NCBI GenBank assembly: GCA_027345565.1
Contig: DAHWIF010000015.1
Location: forward strand, 1 to 18,307
Source: Candidatus Micrarchaeota archaeon
GTDB lineage: Archaea; Micrarchaeota; Micrarchaeia; Micrarchaeales; Micrarchaeaceae
Reading direction: 5' to 3'
Length of the DNA: 18,307 nt
Below are positions 1-8,288 of this stretch, in pieces. A program made the translations under genes and the position numbers. Below the pieces are notes generated by a model that had not been told where the DNA came from, made no database searches, and saw only the letters and a program-made list of their open reading frames with translations. Position 1 is the stretch's first letter. Each line of letters starts with the position of its first letter.

Positions 1-270
1 CGCTACAGGAATTTCGCCGACAGGGTGGTGATGCCGCTCCCTAAGGACAGCATAGAGTTCCTGAGCGATGCCGTGGATTGCTGCAAGAGGAAGGCTGTGA
101 TACACATATACATGCTCGCGGACAGCAGCACCCCCGAAAACGCCGTTCGGGTGCTCAGGGACCACGCGCGGTCGCGCGGATACAGAATAAGAAGTGCGAA
201 GTGGAGGGTAGCAAGGAACTACTCCCCGAAGGAGGTTGAGATAGCCGTTGATCTCAATATCTCAAGATAG
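1..270 (+). CDS. trm5: Trm5/Tyw2-family SAM-dependent tRNA methyltransferase, C-terminal part (5'-truncated by window edge)
   Basis: Frame is open from base 1: RYRNFADRVVMPLPKDSIEFLSDAV...AVIHIY...RVARNYSP..EIAVD. This matches the 'ADRVxM(N/P)LP...IHxY...YSP' C-terminus of Met-10+/Trm5 proteins. Confidence 0.8.
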   Translation, partial: RYRNFADRVVMPLPKDSIEFLSDAVDCCKRKAVIHIYMLADSSTPENAVRVLRDHARSRGYRIRSAKWRVARNYSPKEVEIAVDLNISR

Positions 271-300
271 CTATTCCGCAACTCTGGCATTTTCGTCGTC

Positions 301-308
301 TTTATAAA
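301..308 (+). promoter_or_regulatory. Archaeal TATA box for scpAB (likely leaderless)
   Basis: TTTATAAA ends 24 nt before the ATG at 333; no SD motif is visible. Confidence 0.6.
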
Positions 309-332
309 ACTTTTCGTGGCATATAATCTCAC

Positions 333-1091
333 ATGGCGACAGTTGAGGCGACTACCGCGGTAGCGTACCGCGAACTGGACCTTCCGGAGTTCGTGCAGAA
401 TGCGACATGGAGAGAGGTGCTCATAGACCTCGTCGCGACAAACAGGCTAGACCCGTGGGACATAGACCTTGTAAAGGTCGTGGACGGATACCTATCCGCG
501 ATAAGGAGGATGAAACACCTAGAGCTCCGTATACCGGCCAACATAATACTCGCCGCGTCGATACTTCTGCGCATGAAGAGCGACACGATATCGATATTCA
601 GCATGATGGAGGAGGAGCCGCAGCCAGACGGCGACAGCATCACAGCAGAGCGTATCAGGCCCGAGGTGGAGCAGCTCCTTCCAAGAGCTAGGATGCAGCC
701 TAGCAGGAAGGTCACCCTCGACGAGCTCCTTGAGGCGCTGAACGAGGCGATGAAGATCGAGGAGAAGAGGATGGTCGAGAAAGAGCGCAGCATAGCCCCT
801 GTCAGCTTCGCTGTCGACAAGGTGGACATAGAGGACAAGATGAAGCGCGTGCGCGACGTAATAGCCGCATCTATCGACAGGGAGGGGCTGACCACGTTCA
901 GCGCTGTATCGCGGGGGTATTCGGGCCCGGAGAACATACTACTCGACCTCTTCGTGCCAATCCTCTTCCTGGCGCACGACGGAAAGATAGCCGTGATGCA
1001 GGAGCGCTTCTTCGACGAGATATTCATAAAGCTTTTGGATGGTGTGAAGGTTGAGGGAAGAGCAAGGGCAGGAGAGAAGGGAGCAGCTTAA
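333..1091 (+). CDS. scpA: Segregation and condensation protein A (kleisin)
   Basis: Motifs W-x-E-x-L-x-DLV...LDPWDIDLV, AASILLRMKS, RKVTLDELLEAL, and a C-terminal winged helix (LFVPILFLAHDGKIAVMQERFFDEIFI). Overlaps scpB. Confidence 0.93.
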   Translation: MATVEATTAVAYRELDLPEFVQNATWREVLIDLVATNRLDPWDIDLVKVVDGYLSAIRRMKHLELRIPANIILAASILLRMKSDTISIFSMMEEEPQPDGDSITAERIRPEVEQLLPRARMQPSRKVTLDELLEALNEAMKIEEKRMVEKERSIAPVSFAVDKVDIEDKMKRVRDVIAASIDREGLTTFSAVSRGYSGPENILLDLFVPILFLAHDGKIAVMQERFFDEIFIKLLDGVKVEGRARAGEKGAA

Positions 1092-1533
1092 GCTCATAGA
1101 GGCCGCCCTCTTCGCGTCTGGCAGGGCGATGGGAGCGGACGAGCTTTCGGCTGCTACAGGCATAGCCTCGATAGGCTACATAAGGAAGCTGGCTGAGGAG
1201 CTTGCCCAGGACTACGAAGGCAGGGACAGCTCGATGTGCGTAGCCAGGATAGGAGACAAGTACATACTCAGCCTGAGGGACGAGTACGCCGGCAGGGTGA
1301 GCAGCGTAGCCGGGAAGCCGGACCTCTCTAAGGGAGCGCTGAGGATCCTTGCCTACGTGAGCAGGAACGAGCCGATAATGCAGAGCTCGCTTGTCAAGGC
1401 CTTCGGCAGCACGGTCTACGACTACATGAAGGAGCTGCACGACAGCGACTTCGTCAGGACCACCAGGGAGGGGCGAAGCAAGAAGGTGGAAACAACGCAG
1501 AAGTTCAGGGAGTACTTCAATTTCTCCAAATAG
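1051..1533 (+). CDS. scpB: Segregation and condensation protein B
   Basis: IEAALFASG, LSKGALRILAYV..NEPIMQS, TTQKFREYF motifs. TTG start preceded by a GGTG-like SD, directly after scpA. Confidence 0.93.
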   Translation: MREEQGQERREQLKLIEAALFASGRAMGADELSAATGIASIGYIRKLAEELAQDYEGRDSSMCVARIGDKYILSLRDEYAGRVSSVAGKPDLSKGALRILAYVSRNEPIMQSSLVKAFGSTVYDYMKELHDSDFVRTTREGRSKKVETTQKFREYFNFSK

Positions 1534-1571
1534 CCGGCATTTTACTGATGTAACTTCGCAACACTAGACCC

Positions 1572-2117
1572 TTAATACGTCGGATGGGCCTCTTCCACGC
1601 CCTCCTTCTTATTCATGTATAATGCACATACGAAAAGCAATGACGATGTCCTGTTGAGGAACGCCAAGAGCTCTTGGTTGATTCTTTGCTTCTCAGAAAG
1701 CAGCACCGCGGACCGTTCGGCTTTCCTGGCTACCGACCTTGCAAGGTGCAGGTAAGAGCCGGATACCGATCCTCCTGGCAGCACAAACTTCTTTAGGTCG
1801 GGGATCTTTGAGCCTACCATGTCAGCCTGCTCCTCAAGCCATTTCACATCCATCTTCGTTATCCTCTTTGCCCTCTTGTTTATGGCGCTTGATGCTGCAT
1901 CCGCACCTGCCGTGAAGAGCTTGTCCTGCAGGGTTCTCAGCATCTCGGTCGTGCTGCTGTCCGTCATGTTCACTATTGCAACCCCTATAGCGCTATTCAG
2001 CTCATCTATGTCGCCCAACAGGTTGGCCAGCGCGGAGCCCTTCGATATGCGGCCGAAGCCCATCGTGTCGGTCTCGCCGCTATCCCCCCTGCCAGTGTAA
2101 TAGCGCATCCTATCCAT
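1572..2117 (-). CDS. pduO: ATP:cob(I)alamin adenosyltransferase, PduO type
   Basis: YTGRGDSGET N-terminal motif, GDIDELNSAIG, FVLPGGS, LHLARSVARKAER, FLNRTSSLLF. Alternative start at 2108. Confidence 0.92.
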   Translation of the reverse strand: MDRMRYYTGRGDSGETDTMGFGRISKGSALANLLGDIDELNSAIGVAIVNMTDSSTTEMLRTLQDKLFTAGADAASSAINKRAKRITKMDVKWLEEQADMVGSKIPDLKKFVLPGGSVSGSYLHLARSVARKAERSAVLLSEKQRINQELLAFLNRTSSLLFVCALYMNKKEGVEEAHPTY

Positions 2118-2136
2118 ATTTATTTGCTAAGCAAGG

Positions 2137-2144
2137 ATTATAAG
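2137..2144. promoter_or_regulatory. Palindromic TATA core (TTATAA 2138-2143) between divergent pduO and tRNA-Val
   Basis: Spacing is compatible with initiation near 2115 on the - strand and near 2167 on the + strand. Confidence 0.45.
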
Positions 2145-2169
2145 CTGTTTGAAGAATGGTAACATAATT

Positions 2170-2241
2170 GGGCCCATGGTCGAATGGTAAGACGTTACCT
2201 TCACAAGGTAAAGACCGGGAGTTCGATTCTCCCTGGGCCCA
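2170..2241 (+). tRNA. tRNA-Val, anticodon CAC; intronless; CCA not encoded
   Basis: Acceptor GGGCCCA/TGGGCCC plus discriminator A; D-arm GTC..GAC; anticodon stem TTACC/GGTAA with loop TT-CAC-AA; T-arm GGGAG-TTCGATT-CTCCC. Followed by CCT, not CCA. Confidence 0.97.
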
Positions 2242-2405
2242 CCTATGCCGTGTTGGGCCTGGCCACAGCATGATGGGGCCGGCACCGAAAGCAAGTGCCC
2301 TCCGTTTTAACTCAGCGCAGCGTAGCACATGCCATGTTGTAGCAAAGATATAAATATTTATCATGCTATAAGTACATATACTTCAGTAAATAAATAGGTA
2401 GTCTA

Positions 2406-3881
2406 ATGCTATTTAAGTCCTTGCTTGCGGCACTCGCCCCAAGCCCGCATAGGGAAAGGCCGCCATCTCTCAGCCCGGCCAGCCTCACTTTCTCAGTCAC
2501 GAACGACAAGCCGGAGTCTGTGCTCGAAGCCGACCAGACAAAGTTTCGTGTAATAGGCACGAATGGGCCGGTCATGGTGTACGCCATTTCAGCCGGGCCG
2601 TTCAGCACAGAAGAAAGGGATATGATGAAAATCTCGAAGGCGTGGCTTATAGACTCAATAATAGAGAAGGGGCTAGTGGCATCGCACGGCAGCGATGGGC
2701 TGTTAGGCCATGCTATGGGTAACATAGCCAAGTTCCTGGGGCAGAGCCTCCCTGCCGAGAGGGCGAGGGCCCTTGCGTACCTGGTGGCGCACGATACAGT
2801 TGGTTACGGCCCGATAAGCGTGATACTAGATGATTTGGGCGACATAGAGGAGATAGAGGTGAACGCGCCGACCTCGAATATCGCCGTCTACCACCGGAGA
2901 TACGGCAGGTGCATTACAAACATGCGCTTCAACAGCGAAGCAGATTTCAGGTATACAATCAACAGGATGGCCGGCAAGTCAGGCAAGGAGCTGAGCAACG
3001 TCAGCGGGGTGATAGACGCACAGCTAGGCAGATGCAGGCTGCACGCCCAGACAAAGCCATATTCGATAAACGGGGGTGCTGCTTCGATAAGGGTGGGCAA
3101 CGGCGTAATACTCGGAATCAGGGAACTGATGCTCAATAGGACTATAACGCCAGGGGCGCTCGCTTATCTCTGGATGGCGGTTGAGTCAGGGAAAAACATC
3201 GTAATATCCGGAGCCCCTGGCTCTGGGAAGACCACCATGCTTGCAGCGCTCTCTGCCTTCATGCCTGACACCTGCAGGGTCGTGACCATCGAAGAGGAGA
3301 TAAACGAGATCAGGCTTGACGGTGGATTGACCAATGTAGTGCAGCTGCAGAGCAGCTCGCCTGGCATGAGCGTAGGCGATCAGGTAAGAAACGCGTTGCA
3401 TATGCGCCCAGAAATGCTAATAGTGGGTGAAATACGGGGCAGGGAGGCAAACGAGGTCTTCTCGGGGGCGAACATAGGCGTGCCATTCATGACAACCATG
3501 CACAGCGACAGTGACGGTATCGGGATTGTTTCCAGGTTACGCTCAGAGCCGATGCACCTAGAGGAGCGGCTGGTGAAGAGGCTTGAGATCTCTCTCTTCA
3601 TGCGCAGGGATGCAAACGGGTCTAGGAAGCTTGAGAGTGTGTCAGAATATACGTGGGGCGACGGAGATGGTCCAATGCCACTGAAGATATCCAGGATCGT
3701 AGCATCCTCCTCGGTGGACATGGAAGGAATACACTGCTCTCGGGTCGTGGCAGAATTCGGCGCAGCAAAATCCAGGGCAGGCGCTCCGCTAAAGGAGTTC
3801 AAACAAAGGGAGGCGTACCTTGGCAAGCTGCCCTCTGATGCAGTCGCTACCGACATGGCCATGCGTGTCAGGGAGTATTGA
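2406..3881 (+). CDS. Type II/IV secretion / archaeal pilus assembly ATPase (VirB11/TadA/ArlI-like)
   Basis: GYGPI..IEEIEVN N-domain, Walker A GAPGSGKTT, Asp box TIEEE, ALHMRPE..IVGEIRGREA (Walker B), His box TTMH. Confidence 0.92.
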   Translation: MLFKSLLAALAPSPHRERPPSLSPASLTFSVTNDKPESVLEADQTKFRVIGTNGPVMVYAISAGPFSTEERDMMKISKAWLIDSIIEKGLVASHGSDGLLGHAMGNIAKFLGQSLPAERARALAYLVAHDTVGYGPISVILDDLGDIEEIEVNAPTSNIAVYHRRYGRCITNMRFNSEADFRYTINRMAGKSGKELSNVSGVIDAQLGRCRLHAQTKPYSINGGAASIRVGNGVILGIRELMLNRTITPGALAYLWMAVESGKNIVISGAPGSGKTTMLAALSAFMPDTCRVVTIEEEINEIRLDGGLTNVVQLQSSSPGMSVGDQVRNALHMRPEMLIVGEIRGREANEVFSGANIGVPFMTTMHSDSDGIGIVSRLRSEPMHLEERLVKRLEISLFMRRDANGSRKLESVSEYTWGDGDGPMPLKISRIVASSSVDMEGIHCSRVVAEFGAAKSRAGAPLKEFKQREAYLGKLPSDAVATDMAMRVREY

Positions 3882-3888
3882 TGGTTTT

Positions 3889-4605
3889 ATGAAAAACGTG
3901 AACTTAAGGAACCTGATCGACTTCGTGCCGTCAATAGCCGCGGGTGCGGTCCTGCTCATTGTCTTCGGGCCTGTGTCATTAGCGATGTTTCCGGTGATAG
4001 CGGTTGCATCACTTGCGCTTGTGGCATATAAGAGGGGGATAAAGGCAGGCAGCGCGCTCAAACGCGAGATAAAGGAATCAGCGAATGCTATGCGCTTGGC
4101 CCATAGCGGCGCTGCGAAGGGCATATGTTTAACGGAATCTATCGAGAGGGCCGTTAGAAGCGCTGCCGGCGGCAGCGGTATACGCAAGCTACTGACACGG
4201 GTGAAAGAGCGCACCATTTTTGGGCAGGCCCTGCCCGAGGCGATAAGCGCAGAAGCGTCGAGGAACCACGATTACCCTATTGCTATAGGCGCTCTGGCGC
4301 CGCTTGCGCTAGAATACAGCGCAACAGGGAGTGTGAACGGGTCAGCGGCAGGCTCGGCGGTGGCGCTTGAGAAGAGGTACAACGAAATTAAGGAAAACGA
4401 GAACGGAAGGCTTCCGCGTTACCTCATCATGGGTATGGTTTCAAGCGCGGTACTGCCAAGTATGGCTACGTTCGCCTTCGTCGGCTACTCGATATTATAC
4501 TATTCAGCAACCTTCCTGATGCTCTATTGCACCGTGCTGCTTGGGGTGTTCCCCAACATATACTCTGCATTTCGCATGAAGGTATCTGGGCTGTATGATG
4601 GTTAG
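3889..4605 (+). CDS. Diverged TadB/TadC (T2SS-F)-like membrane platform protein
   Basis: N-terminal TM pair, cytoplasmic helical region (GQALPEAI, EYSATGSV), two C-terminal TMs; directly after the ATPase. Start re-called to ATG 3889 to avoid overlap with the ATPase. Confidence 0.65.
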   Translation: MKNVNLRNLIDFVPSIAAGAVLLIVFGPVSLAMFPVIAVASLALVAYKRGIKAGSALKREIKESANAMRLAHSGAAKGICLTESIERAVRSAAGGSGIRKLLTRVKERTIFGQALPEAISAEASRNHDYPIAIGALAPLALEYSATGSVNGSAAGSAVALEKRYNEIKENENGRLPRYLIMGMVSSAVLPSMATFAFVGYSILYYSATFLMLYCTVLLGVFPNIYSAFRMKVSGLYDG

Positions 4606-5371
4606 CATTGCTGGTGCATACAAGGATATCGCGGCTGCCTCTGCTGCTGTAGCCGCCGCCGCGTTCGCTCTGTCCGGCAGCATCTATGCTGCAGCTGTCG
4701 CGATCTCGGTCTCAACGGCTCTTTACATCCATGCGAGAAAAAAGAGCGGGGAAGACCATCGCATGCAGCTTTATGGTATGCTCAAGATGCTGTCAAAGTC
4801 GTACAAGAGGAGGCGCAGCATGCTCCCCTCTCTTGAAGAATCCTTATCTGGGTCATCCACCATCGAGAAGAGGTTTTTAGAGACGCTGCTTAGGTACAAG
4901 AGCGGCGATGCAGACGCATTCCTGCGGCTAAGGGATAGATCCGATGCGTACATCTCGGAGCTGGCCAGTTTGATATGGAGGGCCCTGCATTTCGGCGATG
5001 ATGTGTACTTGGAGATGTGCGAGCTGAAGTACTCAATAGGCAGCGAGATTAACAAACGCCTGAAAATGATCGGGCAGGTCGGCAACGCCAGGTTCGTGAG
5101 CCTCATGGGAATACTCATTTTCTTCCCCCTCTTTGCGGGCATAAGCGTCGCAATCCTTTCTTCGGCGCCCCAGCTCGGGTCCTCCAGCAGCGTCAGCATA
5201 ACAAGCATCACATTCGTGTTTGCCGCTTATCTAGCAATCGAATCGTTCGTGCATTTCAAGGACGACAATTCGATGGACGCGGCCAGAAAGGCATCGTCAA
5301 TGGCGGTGTGCGGCTCCTTCGGGCTGCTCCTCTTGAAAGCCGGATCGGTTTTTGCTCTGAATATGATATAG
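4595..5371 (+). CDS. Second diverged TadC/T2SS-F-like membrane protein
   Basis: N-terminal TMs, cytoplasmic region 'GDADAF..L...ISELASLIWRALHFGDDV', three C-terminal TMs. Overlaps the previous stop. Start 4595 or 4598. Confidence 0.65.
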   Translation: MMVSIAGAYKDIAAASAAVAAAAFALSGSIYAAAVAISVSTALYIHARKKSGEDHRMQLYGMLKMLSKSYKRRRSMLPSLEESLSGSSTIEKRFLETLLRYKSGDADAFLRLRDRSDAYISELASLIWRALHFGDDVYLEMCELKYSIGSEINKRLKMIGQVGNARFVSLMGILIFFPLFAGISVAILSSAPQLGSSSSVSITSITFVFAAYLAIESFVHFKDDNSMDAARKASSMAVCGSFGLLLLKAGSVFALNMI

Positions 5372-5379
5372 GTGGAAAC

Positions 5380-5622
5380 ATGAGAATAGGAATACCATAC
5401 GTGACGGAGATGAGGGCGTTGCTCCTCGTCGCAAAAAGCAGGAAGGGGCAGGGCTCCCTCGAATACATAATGATGCTCTCCGCGGTGGGCATCGTCGTGG
5501 TGGTGGCCCTTGCGATGGTGATGCAGCTGAAGGGCACGGCGCTGCACGCGTTCACCAACAACGGGGCTAGCATATCCTCGCAGCTCGGGAGCGAGCTGAG
5601 CAACCTGACCAACAGCATATAG
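5380..5622 (+). CDS. Small archaeal pilin with class III signal peptide (candidate major pilin)
   Basis: SRKG|QGSLEYIMMLSAVGIVVVVAL. SD AGGTGG at 5370-5375 supports ATG 5380 rather than 5308. Confidence 0.85.
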   Translation: MRIGIPYVTEMRALLLVAKSRKGQGSLEYIMMLSAVGIVVVVALAMVMQLKGTALHAFTNNGASISSQLGSELSNLTNSI

Positions 5623-5630
5623 GTGCATGG

Positions 5631-5996
5631 ATGAGATCGCAGCTCTCTCTGGAGTTCCTTCTGTACATCGGCATAGCGATGGCCTCAATGGCGGCGATGC
5701 TGGCGCTGTACCTGAAAGGCAGCGCGCAGCTACGCCAGTACAGCGCACAGGCGGAGCTCGAAGCGTTTGTGACAGATGTGAACGCGAACATGGGCATGGA
5801 TACGGGCAGCTTTTACGCATATCTCCCCAAAGGAATCTGTGCGGCGCAGGCAATAAACAACTCGATAACATACATGAACGTGAGCTATCAATTCTACGGC
5901 AATGTCAGCCTGCAGTTGGGAGGTGCGTGCAATTCAGGCAGGATCGTGCTCGTGCGGACCAGCGTCATGCGGAATGGCACGCTGCTTGTAAGCTGA
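5631..5996 (+). CDS. Minor pilin-like protein, class III signal peptide
   Basis: MRS|QLSLEFLLYIGIAM plus hydrophobic helix; SD AGGTG at 5621-5625; one Cys pair. Confidence 0.8.
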   Translation: MRSQLSLEFLLYIGIAMASMAAMLALYLKGSAQLRQYSAQAELEAFVTDVNANMGMDTGSFYAYLPKGICAAQAINNSITYMNVSYQFYGNVSLQLGGACNSGRIVLVRTSVMRNGTLLVS

Positions 5997-6003
5997 TGGT
6001 AGG

Positions 6004-6207
6004 ATGAGAGGACAGATAGCTTTCGACATGCTGATAGCCTTCGCGATATCGGGAGCTTTCGCTGTGCTTATCGCATCAATGTCATACGGGATGAACAATT
6101 ACGCGCATTTGCAGCTCTCCAGCCTAGCGAACGAGGTTGCTAGCTCATCGGCAGCGCTGAACAGCAGCACCAATCCGGTGCGGGAATTCATGATACAACC
6201 GAACTGA
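6004..6207 (+). CDS. Small pilin-like protein, class III signal peptide
   Basis: MRG|QIAFDMLIAFAISGAFAVLI. Confidence 0.78.
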   Translation: MRGQIAFDMLIAFAISGAFAVLIASMSYGMNNYAHLQLSSLANEVASSSAALNSSTNPVREFMIQPN

Positions 6208-6211
6208 TGCT

Positions 6212-6571
6212 ATGGCCGTTGAAGGAGTATTCGCAAGCATGGATGCGATGGTCGGTGCAATCGCATTTTCGGCAGTCTTCATGGTTTTTGCCATCAACAT
6301 TGTACTAGTGCACGCTTCCGCAGGCAACGCCATAGCGAACCAGGCAACCTACTTAAGCGAGAATGCGAGGCTACAGCACTCAATCTTCCTGATCGAAAGG
6401 CTTGGCATGAACATGAGCGGCGCCGAGGCGCAGCTTGATTATGATATCGGAGAGTCAAACTATTCGATAACACCATATGCAGCCTACAGCCAGGCGAATT
6501 ACGCCATATCAAGGCTTGCGGTGATAGGCGGCAGCGTCTATTATATAAACGTCGATGTAAATGGCAGCTAA
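6212..6571 (+). CDS. Pilin-like protein with atypical class III-like N-terminus
   Basis: MAVEG|VFASMDAMVGAIAFSAVFMVF followed by a hydrophobic helix; lies within the operon. Confidence 0.62.
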   Translation: MAVEGVFASMDAMVGAIAFSAVFMVFAINIVLVHASAGNAIANQATYLSENARLQHSIFLIERLGMNMSGAEAQLDYDIGESNYSITPYAAYSQANYAISRLAVIGGSVYYINVDVNGS

Positions 6572-7892
6572 GCTACAATCGAGCACAGAGTTTCTCGCCA
6601 TACTCGCAGCTGTCGCAGCATTCTCTGTGGCCGTGCTCGCGGTGTATGTCCACTTCGGTTCAGATCAAAGCGCGCTTTACAGCGGCATAAGCAAGCTGTC
6701 GGGGAACCAGATAGGCGGAGCGGTGCAAAATGCCGCAAGCGGGTCCCCCGAAATCTATGTTGTGGCGCCCAACACCACAACTGTGAACAAAAGCGTCAGC
6801 GTCTATCTCGTTGTAAGCGGCTCTGGGACTATAAATGTGAAGGCTAATGCTTCCGGCTACTATGGCATGAGCGTTTATCCAAGCTACCAGAACGCTACGA
6901 TCCAAGGGTTCGGCATCATGCAGTTCACCGCGGTTGCAGGCAGCATCGGAGAGAAGGCGGTGTCTGTCAATGCAAGCGCAACCTATGGTAGTACCATGAT
7001 TACAAAGCGCGCAAGCATAAGGATCCTTGCCGTGCAAGGGTCAGGCCAGCCGGCTAACCTGACAACGCCGAACGCCTCATTTACTGGGAGCATAGTGGAA
7101 AATGGCCAAGAGTCTATCAAGTATCAGGTCTCAAAACCAAGCGAGGTGAACAACGTGACCTACTGGTCGCACTGCGCATACATAGGTTTCTTCGGAGGGG
7201 TACTGCCGGAGCCTGAGCAGTGCGGGTCCAACACCTGGGGCTTCGACACAGGCGACAGTTCCTGCAACGTCTTCGCCTACGATGGAGACAACAGGTATTA
7301 CTGCTTTGCGCTGCAGAACGATGGCGCGAACGCCAGCCAGATCGGGCAGCAGTCCGGGTACATATACAACGCAAGCCTTTACATAAGTAACTCGACGCTC
7401 TCTCTGCATGCGAACTTCACCAACAACAAGACCGAATCTGCGCTAACCAGCGACAACGGCGGGGATTACGGCTATGCTGAGATGACGAGCGTCTACGCGC
7501 CAGATGTATATCCTGTGCCGTACCTGTCATATGCGGTGCTGGGCCGGGTCGGCAGCGCTTACCCGATTAACATAAGCGCGTATTCTGCATATTCCGGCCT
7601 CTCCAGCCAGGTAATCCAGCTGCTTGACATCTACAACAGCACCGGAGGGGCCGACCTGGGCTACCTCGAGGGGCTCATAGCTGAGCTGAACAGGAGCGCA
7701 GGTTCGCTTCTCGATTCCAAGCAGGTAAACAGCTCAATATGCAAACTCGTCGGTCAGCAGGGAGGAGAGATGTATTCGTGTGAAACTCATGACCTTAGCT
7801 ATAGCATAACCGTGCACCTCAACGGTAGCGAATACGCAGGTGTTAACAAGACTGTATACATAGGCAGCTCCGCGGTTCGGGTGATAGGCTGA
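6561..7892 (+). CDS. Large pilin-like / adhesin-like surface protein
   Basis: MAAKL|QSSTEFLAILAAVAAFSVAVL; beta-rich Ser/Asn/Tyr body; about 19 N-x-S/T sequons counted by hand; 6 Cys. Confidence 0.75.
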   Translation: MAAKLQSSTEFLAILAAVAAFSVAVLAVYVHFGSDQSALYSGISKLSGNQIGGAVQNAASGSPEIYVVAPNTTTVNKSVSVYLVVSGSGTINVKANASGYYGMSVYPSYQNATIQGFGIMQFTAVAGSIGEKAVSVNASATYGSTMITKRASIRILAVQGSGQPANLTTPNASFTGSIVENGQESIKYQVSKPSEVNNVTYWSHCAYIGFFGGVLPEPEQCGSNTWGFDTGDSSCNVFAYDGDNRYYCFALQNDGANASQIGQQSGYIYNASLYISNSTLSLHANFTNNKTESALTSDNGGDYGYAEMTSVYAPDVYPVPYLSYAVLGRVGSAYPINISAYSAYSGLSSQVIQLLDIYNSTGGADLGYLEGLIAELNRSAGSLLDSKQVNSSICKLVGQQGGEMYSCETHDLSYSITVHLNGSEYAGVNKTVYIGSSAVRVIG

Positions 7893-8284
7893 TGAGAGCG
7901 CAAGCCGCACTTCTCGAAGCCATGGTGGCCTCACTGGTCCTCATTGCAGCAGGCGCAGCCATTGCATCGGCAGCGTATTCTGCCTCATTCTCTACCAAAC
8001 ATGCCGGCATTGATATGCTGAATGCGGAGTTCGACATAGAGAGCGTCGCATATAGCAGCACGCCCCTCGGCACGTGCGTGAGAGGCGCAAACGCCTCGTG
8101 CGTATATAATATGCTGGGAAGCGTAAACGAACACTATGCCCTGGGCTACTCCTCACTGCAGATCGGCAACCTGAGCATAGACAGCGGGAATTACCTAAAG
8201 TGCCGCAACAGCGACCATTACTGTTTTCCCATAGAAACAGGCAGGTCATACTCTCAGGTGTGCGAGTACCTCTGCGCGGGTTGA
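7892..8284 (+). CDS. Cys-rich pilin-like protein, class III signal peptide
   Basis: MRA|QAALLEAMVASLVLIAAG; TGATG coupling to the previous gene; 6 Cys. Confidence 0.75.
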   Translation: MRAQAALLEAMVASLVLIAAGAAIASAAYSASFSTKHAGIDMLNAEFDIESVAYSSTPLGTCVRGANASCVYNMLGSVNEHYALGYSSLQIGNLSIDSGNYLKCRNSDHYCFPIETGRSYSQVCEYLCAG

Positions 8285-8288
8285 TACG

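Noticed and set aside
329-1440. Long antisense and alternate-frame ORFs over scpAB, and similar ones such as 5227-5871, 13385-14101 and 17185-17658
   Set aside because: Shadow ORFs of well-supported genes in moderately GC-rich DNA; no recognisable motifs.
2170-2241. tRNA-anchored integrated element
   Set aside because: No integrase and no duplicated tRNA 3' end were seen in the window.
2110-2364. ORFs 2110-2364(-) and 2168-2353(+)
   Set aside because: They overlap the tRNA-Val gene and have no protein-like features.
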